The notes below the pieces were generated by a model. It was given only the letters and a program-made list of their open reading frames with translations. It made no database searches and was not told the DNA's origin. A stretch of DNA of 64,000 nt from Hydrolagus colliei (Eukaryota). Below, piece after piece: positions 11,931 through 23,200 of the stretch (positions are counted from its first letter, which is position 1; every line of letters starts with the position of its first letter). The stretch is taken from the NCBI GenBank assembly GCA_035084275.1, contig CM068756.1, positions 5,704,001 to 5,768,000 of the forward strand, given 5' to 3'. The translations under genes and the position numbers were made by a program.

Positions 11931-14900
11931 TTTTTTTCATGAGGGGTAGCGATTGACTATTGAAGAAAATCAAACGTGATTTGAAAGTGATATGTGCTTT
12001 TTGTATATCAACATGGATTATTGATGAAAATCCCTTTGATTTCATCAAATATTTCTGCAGATTCCATCCAAAAAAATCTACAGGATTCAAGCAAAAAAAA
12101 TGATGAACCTGCAGTAAGTGGAGCTTTGGTCAGCACTGTTGATGTGGCCCATGAGCAATCATTCTCATTTTATTTCTGGTTTACTACTTGTTTGGTGGTT
12201 GTTCATATTCCTATCACCTGTTTCCTCAGTGGAGGTGTCAGGACACAGGGAGGAATCACTAATGCTCAAACCGTACTTAGACGCTCTCTGAGTTTTCTCT
12301 GAGTTTACATCAACATAGATTTCTGTTCAAGGCCATTGGGTTTAGGGGGAATGAGCAGAACACAGTTCAAAGGGGCACATCCTCTGTGAGGTTTACTTGA
12401 AGAAGTGAAGTCGGCGTTTAGAGTAAGCTGTTAATACAGCTCCTCTTTGGCTCTGGGGATATAGAATGTAACTGGGAGGTGGGGGTGGGGGTGGGTCTCG
12501 CCACGATAATATCTTCTTTTCATCTGCTATCATAATACCACCTAATGAGTGCATTAAATAGTCCCAGAGCTCTTCCATAAACCCAGATTTTTGTACTCTT
12601 GCATTATCTATTTCAGATTCCAATTTGCAGCACAATGTATGTTTACTGGATTCAGCATCATGAGATAGTTTAAGTTCTTTCATTTCTGAACATGTTACCA
12701 ATACTTGGGACTCAAATATCAGCGCTTAGTTTATTTATTTTTACGTATTTATCAGAATAATCTACCATCATACGCCTCCAGCCAGTAAACCTTACTACAG
12801 TATTTAGTTGAGCTGTGCTTTGCAACGCTGTTCACATTGTAACAGTGCCTCTTGAGTGGTTCTGAAACAATTTTCAACTCACTATTATGCCACTTTCTCC
12901 AAAAGTGCAATTTTCTCCTTGTCACCACAAGTCGTTCCATGGTATATGTTGAAAAAAAGTATTTGGTTTTCAGTGTTAGACGTTATTTGGTTAGGAAAGT
13001 AATATCAGTTATGTATAAAGCACAGAGTCCTTTTAATGTTTTGATGGTTGGATTCTACTATGTCTTTCCAGTTTCTGAAAAAATTACAGTGTGTCTCCAA
13101 CACAGAGCAGCTCAAGATCAATCTGTGCAAGTGCAAACAAAAAAACTACAGTGGGGATGGGGGTGTTGACAAGGGAAGGTTGACGGGATTACTCCTGTCC
13201 CTCCCCCTACCCCCAGTCTTTGCATAGTGGAAGGGAATCCCAAATTAGACTTCCTTGTTTAGGGTTAAAACTGGCACTTCAATGGCCTACAAACAACTGT
13301 TTGAAGTTGGATTTTTGTTTCATCTTAAGCAGGAGGAAGGGGCAGTGTGGGAACATGATGCTGAGAACAGTTGGGAGAGTGTTATACAGAGGGAGACTTG
13401 TTATACGGTGTGTGTGTGGTAAAGACAATGAATTTACACCAGTGCTAATTAAGGAACAAATTAGCCATGTTCTTCAATGCTAGTTCCTCGTGCTAATTAA
13501 CGTAAGGAGCACTGTAACTTTTATCCCCGAAATTTATTTAAATTCTTTTGAATAAATTATTTCACAGATGAGAATGTCCGAATATGCTTACTTTAGTTCT
13601 AAGTCAATCAACAATCTGTTCTCACATCAGCTTCCTGCAATAAAAGAATGTTTTAACTATGGAAAGATTTCTTTAGAATTGTATCAAACGTGAAGTAATG
13701 GCCACCTTAATTCAAGCTTGCCCTGTTTAGAATAGATTGTTCGTTCTTATCATTGTTATTTCACAGAACACACTTAAAAGATGGCGAATACAATTATGGC
13801 GGAACATTCACCATTCTTTGGTCATATGCAATATGCCTTTACTTCATTTAAAAAGAAATGCCGCCACTAAGCTATTAAAACTAATCACTCGACCATTGAA
13901 ACGTTTCCGAGTGCTCTGCCGATAACCGTACAGTATACTCTGAGAATCAATGTTATCAATTCCTGTACATAACTGGTATTGCTTTTCTAACCAAATAACA
14001 TCTTCAGGCCCGATCACATCATTAACAGGGTCAGTGGGAACCTGTGGATAATTTCTTTAAATTCTACAAAGAATGTTCCATGAAACATTTAATGAAATTT
14101 GCAGGGCAATTTTCCCACACCAGTGTTTTCTCATCAATAAAACCGATACACCTTATCTCGTCAATTAAAAAAAACACATGGAAGCTTTCAAATAAACATT
14201 AGACTAATTTATTAAACAAGCAACAACTTCATGAACCATCACATTTACACACATTCATTCAGTGCAGCAATTAGATATCTTGAAAGCAGGCTTTTATTCA
14301 TCGTGTTGCTTTCTGGTGGTACAACTCTATGCTGTGACAGTATTTTGTGGGTCTGGATGCTTCTGACTGCCCTGCCATTTTGCAATTGAATGTTCTCAGT
14401 GATGATACCACAGAAATTGCCCCTCTGTGAAGTCAAACATACAATTCACTGTGCTATTGACCAAAGCATCCAAGGTAACAATTTGAGGTTTAATAGGTGT
14501 GAAATTGGATGAAACTCCTACATTTTAATCCGAGATTTATTATGGAAGCTTAAGAGCTTTGATGGAATCTGTAGAAAATGTGAACACATGCAATTCTCAA
14601 AATTATTTTAATTCAATTGTATCCACCATAACAGACACTTGATTACAGGATTGTGTTGGTAATAAATAATCTAGTATTAACTTTATTACCACCTGAAATT
14701 GATCAGTACAGCAGCAATACAATTGATGCACATGTACTGGATGCATTATCATTTCTGGTCAGGCAGCATCTATGGAGAAAGGAAAAGTGAGTCAACGTTT
14801 CGGGTCCACGACCCATTGACGGTTCCCTAACTCCCTATAATATTTTGTAGTTTAATAGGACTTTAATAATAATTAATAATAATTCTTGCATTTTGTAAAA

Positions 14901-15221
14901 CTTCTATATTGGGATCTCAAAGTGCGTCATTAGTAATTGCTGTCAGGTATAGTGACTGTGCATTGTAGAAAGCATTAGATTAGACAAACTTTCTCACAGA
15001 AAGGGTTCTATTGCAATTACAAGCCAAAAGAATCTGGGGTGGGATGGACAAAATAAATTGGCTCATTCACACATAGGATACAGAAATTGTAACATCTTGC
15101 ATGCTGGGGGTGGCTGCGGGGGGGGGGGGAGTGGGTGAAGGGGAAGGAAGAGAGTCAAGTCCCAGAGCTGATTGCCTCCTTTTTATTTCTGATTTACAAA
15201 AATAACCTGATACCAAAAAAC

Positions 15222-16260
15222 AAATTTGCTGACGACCCAGAATTAAGAAGAGCTGTAAACCCAGAGGATGCAGCAAATGATTTGTGAAAGGGTTTTGAAT
15301 GGCTATGTAATTGGGCAGGTACATGACAAATGAAATTAAGCATTGATAAATGCAAAGTAAGGTATGTAAAAATATGTGGGAGATAAGAACACAATGAATG
15401 GAATTGAATTAGAACAGGAAGACGTATAAAAGGATCTAGCAGCAATGGCAGACAGGTCACTTTCAATGTCCAGAAAACACGGTGAAGCAATTAAAAAGCT
15501 AATGGGATTCTAGGATACGTAAACAGAATATAGGTTAGGAGAAGTTACATTAAAGCATCACATTGTACTGGTCAACTACAATTGGACCTAGGTACTCTGT
15601 TTGGGACACCACACTGGCAAATGATAATAATAATAATAATAATCCTTGCATTTGATATAGCACTTTTCACATCTTATCCATGTCCCAAAGCGCTTCACAG
15701 AATATACTGTAAAGTGAATTGACTGTATATTTGTCGGCGAATCGCGGCAGCCAATTGCACACAGCAGTGTCCCACAAACAGTCGTGGATTGAAATGACCA
15801 ATTTTATTATTGTGGTTTTATTGGACGGATTATGATTAGGCGTGTGGAGTAAGGAAACTTGCCCATGGTTTCTCTTTGACCTGCCTGGATTCGAACACAG
15901 GTCTCCACAGCTTGGTCTCCCCAGCTTGCAAGACAAGTGCTCTAACCACTGAGCCACAGGAGCTCCACAAGTACACTTGTGTTGTAAAATACCGTATACA
16001 GAAAACCACAACAAGATTGCTTTCATGTGTACGGCAGATGAGCTATGAAGAAAGATTGGAGAAAGTAGAGTATCACAATCTGGAAATAACACAGCTAAGG
16101 GAGGAACCTCATTGAAGAATCTAAAGTATTTCTTGGCATATTGTAACATACACACAGTCTACTACTTCAAAGTGAGCCTCAACCAGAGGACATCAATGGA
16201 AATGACTGAAAGGGTAATTTAGAGCAGTTATCAGGAAACTTTCCCTCTTTACTTAAATGT
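15222..16260 (+). mobile_element. Decayed CR1 LINE ORF2 (RT and C-terminal part), split by a SINE
   Basis: Translations in order: KFADD (15222), WAGT*QMKLSIDKCKV, AIKK/ANGILGYVNR; after the SINE, IQKTTTRLL..MSYEERLEK..LE..LR and TRGHQWK. These are colinear CR1 motifs with stops and frameshifts. Confidence 0.85.
15624..15966 (-). mobile_element. Full-length young tRNA-derived SINE
   Basis: Minus strand GGAGCTCCTGTGGCTCAGTGGTTAGAGC (A box)...GTTCGAATCC (B box)...(ATT)n tail; homologous to 11323-11621. Confidence 0.95.
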
Positions 16261-16420
16261 TTCAAAATAATCTACAAAGGAAATAATAGAAGGCAAGTAT
16301 ATGCTTGTGTGCTAAATAGTCACACCACCCCACTCTAAGCACTTTGAGACTTCCTTCTGTCATGAAATGCAACATTTCAATAGCCAAGCTTTTTTGTTAT
16401 CATTATTAATAATAATTTCA

Positions 16421-16526
16421 TCCACAAATGTACGGTCAATTGACTTTACAGTCCTTACAGCTGTGAAGTGCTTTGAGCTGTGAAGATGTGAAAAGTGCTA
16501 TATCAAATGCAAGGATTATTATTATA
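16421..16526 (+). mobile_element. 3' fragment of young SINE
   Basis: CCACAAATGTACGGTCAATTGACTTTACAG...GATGTGAAAAGTGCTATATCAAATGCAAGG(ATT)n. Confidence 0.88.
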
Positions 16527-16635
16527 ATAATAATAATCCTTGCATTTATATATTGGGGTTTTCCCATCTCTAGACATCTCAAAGCGCTTCACAGAATATA
16601 CTGTAAATTGAATGGACAGTATGTTTATGGGCAAA
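16525..16635 (-). mobile_element. 3' fragment of young SINE, tail-to-tail with previous copy
   Basis: (AAT)n CCTTGCATTT...CATCTCAAAGCGCTTCACAGAATATACTGTAAA. Confidence 0.88.
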
Positions 16636-16730
16636 ATTATTATTAAGACACTAGCCAGTGTATTAGTGAAATAAGGAAGGAGGAAGAAACAGCTATGCCT
16701 TCCACTCTTAATCACTGTTTAGTTGTCTTC

Positions 16731-16796
16731 AATAACAACAACAACAATTTACATTTATATAGCGCCTTTCACGTCGGGAGGACGTCCCAAGGCGCT
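16731..16796 (-). mobile_element. Solo L2 3' tail
   Basis: Reverse complement AGCGCCTTGGGACGTCCTCCCGACGTGAAAGGCGCTATATAAATGTAAA(TTG)n. Confidence 0.9.
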
Positions 16797-17209
16797 CAAT
16801 GGGCCTTTTCTCATCCTAACTTTCTCTTGTAAGTCCAAAATGAGTACTTTGGCTCATTGTCAACCTACAGGGGAATGTCTCTTTATCCTATGATGGATAA
16901 CTGGTTTGTTATTTTATCCCATGAGCCCATAAAACAGTTATCTTTTCATCTGCTGCAACCATAATTGTATCAATAAATTGCAGAAATATGCACATAAATT
17001 AGTACAGTAACTTGTAACTGAAATGGACAAATGAGTAATTGTAATTTTACTTCCATGTCATTAAAATGAGGAAAGATTTCCAATATTTATTTCATTTATT
17101 GTTACGCACAGGCCATGCCACTTGAATTAAAAATACTTTAGCATTGCAATGTGGCACCTAGTTTGATACCGGACTTCTTGTCCCTATTCACTATAAAAAT
17201 TGTGACACA

Positions 17210-17400
17210 TTTCTGTGAAGACCTGTGGCGATTGGCTGGCGAGAGGCCAGAGTCAGCTGCAACACAGTCTACAATCAAGTGACCTTTTGACACTCGATGC
17301 CAAGGCTCACAAATGAACAATAGTTACTTTGGAGAGGTAATGGAGGATCAGCTGGGCCCCGGGGAACTGTAGCCTGGTATGAGAAGGGCAGACAAGGAGC
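17210..17400 (+). mobile_element. 3' part of ancient tRNA-SINE family
   Basis: ACAATCAAGTGACC..TGACACTC..TGCCAAGGCTCAC...GGAACTGTAGCC resembles the reverse complement of 28310-28400. Confidence 0.45.
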
Positions 17401-17672
17401 ATGGAGAAAAATTGGATAAATAATTCGAGAGACTCATTCAAAAGAACCAACAGACAAAGAACAAAACCTTATGTTTGAGATCAGAAAACAAGTTATGGTA
17501 CATCCCAGATGGTGAGATTGAGACAACCCGGAGAGGAAGGCTTGACACTGCTGTAATGCAATTGGATATTCGAGAGCTTTCAAGGGATCAGTTTTAACAT
17601 TGGTTAGGGAAACTCTTCGCTGCCACATAGTTGCCTATCTCAGCCCCAGGATTTATTTTCCTGCTCTGAATT

Positions 17673-17744
17673 CAACAACAACAACAACAACAACTTAGAT
17701 TTATATAGCGCCCTCCATGCCGGACGGCATCTCAGAGCGCTTCA
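17673..17744 (-). mobile_element. Solo L2-type 3' tail (variant family)
   Basis: Reverse complement TGAAGCGCTCTGAGATGCCGTCCGGCATGGAGGGCGCTATATAAATCTAAG(TTG)7. Confidence 0.85.
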
Positions 17745-17875
17745 AATTCCTCCTTGCTTCAGGCGGGGCATTTGATACTTTCTACTGGCTACACATTTGT
17801 GCCCATGAATGGGTTCAGTTTGCATAACTCGTCAAGCAAATGGAACCGTACAACCATTCTCGGCTGGGTTTAAAT

Positions 17876-17934
17876 GTGCTTCTGGACATCCTCCTAACGT
17901 GAAAGGCGCTATACAAGTGTATTTTTTTTTGTTT
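17876..17934 (+). mobile_element. Solo L2 3' tail
   Basis: GGACATCCTCCTAACGTGAAAGGCGCTATACAAGTGTA followed by a T-rich end. Confidence 0.8.
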
Positions 17935-18094
17935 GCTCCCTCCCCTAATTCATTCCGGACACACGCCTTTGTAATGAAATCCTTCCATAAACATGTTATG
18001 AAAATATTATTTGCCAGTATTTTCTAATACCGAATCCTAATGTGAATAGTGCGTCATGTTAAATTGGGGACTCAAGCACACAAGAATAGAGAGC

Positions 18095-18207
18095 AGTGGG
18101 AGGAGGATAGAGAGAGGGGATTAGGATGAATGGCAGCTCATGGGGACAGACTAGTTGGGCTAAATGGCCAGTTTCGCTGTTGGACAGTCTGTGTAATTCC
18201 TGGTAAT
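18095..18207 (+). mobile_element. CR1-type 3' UTR relic
   Basis: CAGACTAGTTGGGCTAAATGGCC..TT..CTG resembles the reverse complement of the CR1 end at 60957-61092 (CAGACTAGATGGGCCGAATGGCCTCC). Confidence 0.55.
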
Positions 18208-18597
18208 GATGACAAAATCCTTTCATCAGAGAAGCAGCCCTGAGAAGATGCCTGTTATTATAAGACATTCATATTCTTTTTGACAAGCAATGAGAATATG
18301 AAGAAAAACATATCTTGCCCTGAGCATTGTTTTGAATGGGAGAAGGAAACAAATATTGCAAAGTCCCTCAACCTCAGTCCCTCACCCGTTTACAATAAAA
18401 TATAACAGGTTGGTTTACTTTGTAACTTATGAAATGCATTCATTTTATATGAAGCAGATCCACGTAGAAAGTATTAGAATGACAGGATTACACTGCACTC
18501 CGTGAATCTCCATGGAAAGGAATTTCTGTGTGCTGGTCGGTCACCGGTGATCTCTGCCTCCTGTATCAAAACAGTGTCTATTACTATTTCAGCAGAT

Positions 18598-18753
18598 AAA
18601 ATTAGTCATTCAGTTCATGACTGTTTGTGGGACATTGTGTGCAAATTGGCTGCCACATTTGTCTGCAGAATACAGTCACGAGGATCCCGTGAAGCGTTTG
18701 AGACATTGACAACGTCATAAGGTACTACATCAAATACAAGGATTATCATTATT
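18598..18753 (+). mobile_element. SINE 3' fragment (Deu 3' body and tail)
   Basis: CTGTTTGTGGGACATTGTGTGCAAATTGGCTGCC...GTGAAGCG..TCAAATACAAGGATTATCATTATT. Confidence 0.85.
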
Positions 18754-19648
18754 AACTTTCTAGAGTGTTTCAATCTGAGTGCAAATGCAAAGGAGTGATC
18801 TGCCATCTGATTATATTATTGCCAGTAGAATAATGATTCGGTTGCCAACTAGGATAGGACTTTGAAGGTTTCAGATTGAATTTGAAGCTAAATACTTCAG
18901 GATTTTAATGATATGATTTTTTTTCCCCCCCTTCAGAGAAGCAAACCCCTGGAGAAAACTGGAATGAGAATTCAGTTTCAGATCTGGCAATACATGTCAA
19001 AAGTGAAGGAATACTACATACTGTAAAGTGAGGGTACAACCTGATCCAGCCCTCGGGGGGTGGGGATGTGTAGAGTGAATGCAAGGTGCTGCCTACCACA
19101 TGGCAATTTGACTGCGTGCTTCTGCACACCCAATTTAGTGCAGATTTAGGATAGGCTGTCCCCTCTTCTGGGAGCTTGTGTGCGGTGTGGAAAGATTTAA
19201 AGGTCAATGTTAAAAAAATAACTTTTTGGAATGGTGCGTTTCGATCCACGGGCTGGTAGAATACAGCTCCCATCTGCAACAAGGATCTCTCAATCTCAGC
19301 TAGGCCATCATCGGTGGTTGCACCAAATGTTGGCCACACATGGGAAAACACATTGGAAATGTGTCACCTTTAGTTACTATCGTCCGCCTCCCGCTGTCAA
19401 GGTTCAGGTAACTGCGGTTTATCACATAGTACGTTCCTGATTTCAGCTGGGATGTCACAGAGGTGTCAAACCTAAATCAAGTTCTCCCTCCCTTCAGCTG
19501 AAGTCAACTGGTCTCATTTCCATTCAACCTCAACCTAGTCATCTTAGTGTAACAGTGTCACTTAGCGGAAAAGGCTTACTAGTTCATTTACTCAATACAA
19601 GCCTGAAGTATGTCATAGGGAATTTAAAGAAAGCTTGGAAGAGCTATT

Positions 19649-19802
19649 AATAACAATCATAATAATAATCCTAGCTTTTGATCCAGAGCCTTACCATGTC
19701 TTCTAGATGTCTCAAAGTGCTTCATAGAATATACTGTAAGGTGTGTATTTACTGTGTTTACTGTGTATTACTGTGGATGAAATTCGGCAGCCAATTGCGC
19801 AC
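19649..19802 (-). mobile_element. SINE 3' fragment
   Basis: (AAT)n CC...GTCTCAAAGTGCTTCATAGAATATACTGTAA...GGCAGCCAATTGCGCAC. Confidence 0.85.
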
Positions 19803-20063
19803 TGAACAAATTATTAAACACAAATTATTAAGTCAAACTAAATAATTGAACAAAATGCTGCGGTGGAGTTTTATCGGAATCGCTTGGGAAGCTGTAGGTA
19901 AATCTTGGATGCTCATCTAACTGTAAATTTGTAAACAAAACTTTATTTATACAATAAAATTACCGTTTTTCAAAACAATAAAACCATTATAATTGATGGA
20001 AGCAATGCTAAATTGTGGTCAGGCCTCTCCAGCTCAATTCTCAGTGATTGTAGAACTCTCTTT

Positions 20064-20129
20064 AAGCATTCCAAGGAATGCCGTCTGGCTTGAAGGGCAC
20101 TATATAAATGCAAGTTGTTGTTGTTGTTG
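20064..20129 (+). mobile_element. Solo L2-type 3' tail (variant family)
   Basis: ATGCCGTCTGGCTTGAAGGGCACTATATAAATGCAAG(TTG)5, similar to 17673-17744. Confidence 0.8.
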
Positions 20130-21173
20130 CAGAAATGTGCTCACACCCCATACAGCTTGACTCCGTTTTCACATTGCACATAGACAGCCAACATTTTCCA
20201 CAGTACCTTATTACAGAGAAAATGTGAGAGTCAAATGAATGGGCCAAACTGAAGGTATATTCCCTAACCGTGTTAAGATTGTACTTCAAATAAATAATTT
20301 AAAAATACAACTCATGATAGAAAAGGATGTTTACTTTTTAAGGAAATGGCAAACCATTCCTTTTAATTTGCACATTTTATTTTCAAACAAACTGCATGTT
20401 ATTAGGTGGAAAATAACCATTTCATTTTTGTGTGAGCCTTAAACCGTGCAGTGTGCTCAATTACATAAGGTGATAAGATATTCCCTCTTTGGTTCTCATA
20501 TTACCATGTTACACAATGTTTTCTGAGGCTGGTAAACAATGGTGTTTACAATTTACCTTTATCATGAAAAGGATCTGTATTGTGTGATCATTTTCCTGCA
20601 CATCTGAAAACCTCAGACTCATGGAGGGAATGAAATATAAAGCATAGTGATCAATGCATTCATGTCTATACAACATTATCAGATGTTCACACAAATATAT
20701 TTCTTTATTTTCTTTAACAGTCTGCAGTTGTACACATTCTGGTATTTTTTCACACAGAATGTTTACCGCGCAGTTTATTTTGAAACTTTTACAGTATATT
20801 GATCTGCGTAAATCGGGTATGTCTGCTGTCAAATTTGCAGATGGCATGTCTATCAAGGTGTCAAACCATAAAGAAAGTCAGAATATCAATGCAATTTCTT
20901 ATTAGACTCGTTCTGCATAATTTTCCCCCACGCCAGTTATGAGGACATGATTCTCAACAAAAGATCAGCATTTGATGAAAAACTCCCTGTCATGTTAAAA
21001 AAAAAATGTGAGGGATGAATATATTGACAGCGGTTGTTAACTCCGATTGTTAGGGTGGGTTTTAACGTGAGGGTTTGCATCTCCAGTTTGGAAGACAGCG
21101 AGTTCTTAATCCAGCCTTGTTTTCAGCAGCAGGCATCGAGACCAAGCTGCTGTGGTTCACTCAGTTTGTAACC

Positions 21174-21192
21174 GAGCCACTAGGTGGAGTGC
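21174..21192 (+). promoter_or_regulatory. Candidate CTCF site
   Basis: GAGCCACTAGGTGGAGTGC resembles the CTCF core CCAC(C/T)AG(G/A)(T/G)GGC; motif match only. Confidence 0.35.
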
Positions 21193-21474
21193 TCTGTGCC
21201 AGTGAATTGCTCCATCTGAAGCAGGACATGAACATTGAAAGACCAGCCTCACCCCCACAGAACAGCACCTCCTGGAACCTAACCATGGCGCAGCTTTGAA
21301 CTGTGGCGGAGTCTCAAGGCCGTCATGCTCCTCTCGGCTAGAGGACGGAGTGGGATAAAAGTCGCGGCCTGCTGGGGGGAGGGAAAGCTATATATTTATT
21401 GCTTGCAAGAACTAGAGCTCTGGGCCAAAAAGACATTGTTATAAACAAAAGTGCAAAAGATCTCACCCCCCCAC

Positions 21475-21496
21475 CACACACACACACACACACACA
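21475..21496. repeat. (CA)11 microsatellite
   Basis: Direct reading. Confidence 0.95.
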
Positions 21497-22823
21497 TTTC
21501 CCCCACTCCACCAAAGAGCAATACACTGCATTGGCATAAAGATTAGAAATATTGAGAGGAAGATAGCATTGAAAGAGTTAATTTGGTTTAACTTTCTTTC
21601 CCTTAAAGGTATCATGATTAAAGAGCTCCGATGTGTGGCATAAAATTTCTTGTCTTTCGCACAGTGTGATTATGAGGTGCAACTCGTCAAACTTTTTGAA
21701 AGCTCTGTCAGTTTGAAAAGAACATGACCTTTAGATTGTATCAGTATGTTTGCTGATGCATACGGGAAAAAAAGAAGGGTCACAGGGAAGCAACACGATA
21801 GAAAAAAAGAACGTTTTTCTAAACAGATAGCTGTGAACTAAAAAGGTGCATGTGTTGGATAGATAGCTCGCATAACCCGTTCAGAGGTGGAGAGCAAGGT
21901 GGTAGAATTGTTGGAGTTCTATAGGTTTTTAAGCACTCACCAGCTAATCAGTCTCTGACAAATACATTGTAAATCAAGGGTCTGGTAAGTGGAGATGCCA
22001 GAAATGTTTGATCTCATTCCAAGCCTTGAAACAACTTGCTTATTTTGTGTGCAGTTTGGCTCCTAACTAAAACAAAACATCGAAAGATGAATGTTCTGAC
22101 AGGTCATGGTGTGTCAAACTGTCAGTCTTGCACAGGCTACATCTTTCAGCTGGATTGAGGTGAGGAGTAGGGTCCAAGGGAGCAAGAGAATGACAGGATT
22201 CTCTTCACAGCTTAGACTACTTATGGCAGATCCTCAGTTAAACCAAACACTTGTCATGTTCAGAGAAAGTTTTATAAATTTTTAATGATATTCTGCGCAA
22301 CTGGCGCTTTGAAATTTGCTGTACTTTAATTTTTTTCTTCGTTAGTGAAGGTTTGCTTATTCACTGAAGTGCTAAGAGCGTGTCCTAGGGATGCGATGAT
22401 AATTGTGTTGTTAATAATATTGCGGCACTAGAAATGTGCTCATGCTAATCAAGCTATAAGATTTTTTAATATATTCAGTTATTACATTGCACCTCATACA
22501 AATCATGTCAATTACAATTGCCAGAATGCACTAGTAGCATAATTGTATACATTTACTGGAAATTTCCACTGGCCAGACTGATAAAGGCAAAACAAAAACC
22601 CCAGCACATTATTTGTGTCTCTGGTAATGTTTGAACCAGTCCAGGTTTCTATTCGATTCAGGTTTTAAATTGCAAATGTTAGGATCAGTACGGCTATGGA
22701 AATATACTCGCTGATACAATCGTGATGTGCAAAGTGGACAGACATCCAGACGCAGCGGAAGAAACCTGAGGAGATTAGGAGTATCATGACTGCTTGTTGC
22801 ATTTTTTGAGCAACGGGAATAAT

Positions 22824-22990
22824 ATCCATGACTGTTTGTGGGACACAATTGGCTGTGCACAACTGGCTGCCGCGTTTCGCCCCACAAAATGTACAGTCAA
22901 TTTACTTTACAGTATATCCTAGGAAGCACTTTGAGACATCTTGAAGATGTAATAAGACACTATATCAAATGCAAGGATTTTTATTATTAT
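22824..22990 (+). mobile_element. 5'-truncated young SINE
   Basis: ATCCATGACTGTTTGTGGGACAC...TACAGTCAATTTACTTTACAGTATA...CTATATCAAATGCAAGGA(TTA)n. Confidence 0.9.
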
Positions 22991-23009
22991 CGTCACTTGG
23001 TATACACTC

Positions 23010-23200
23010 ACTGGTGTTTTCCAGTAGGGACCCACTGGATAGCGACCAGGAGTAGAAACTTTGGCTCTTTTACAACTCAACCAGTTGTTATGCCTCTGCA
23101 TTTCATAAGCTGGGATCAGCTAACTCAGCACAGACCAGGAACAAACCCAGGAGTTTCCTGACCTGTATCATTTAGCGATAGACCAAGCCATTAGGAGAAG
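23010..23200 (-). mobile_element. 5' part of ancient tRNA-SINE family
   Basis: Minus strand ...CCTGGGTTTGTTCCTGGTCTGTGCTGAGTTAGCTGATCCCAGC...CTCCTGGTCGCTATCCAGTGGGTCCCTACTGGAAA; degenerate B-box region; related to 28310-28650. Confidence 0.6.

Noticed and set aside
12474-12495. G-quadruplex-like tracts here and at about 15105-15143
   Set aside because: Common low-complexity G runs in vertebrate DNA with no supporting context.
15667-16155. Longest ORF (162 aa), plus ORFs 55833-56447 with similar peptides (HDCLWDTAV..WLPRF)
   Set aside because: These are translations of SINE copies and antisense CR1; the peptide similarity reflects the repeat, not a gene family.
18838-18995. Possible degraded hAT element (GGTTGCCAAC...TGGCAATAC)
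   Set aside because: Inverted match is too short and no TSD was found.
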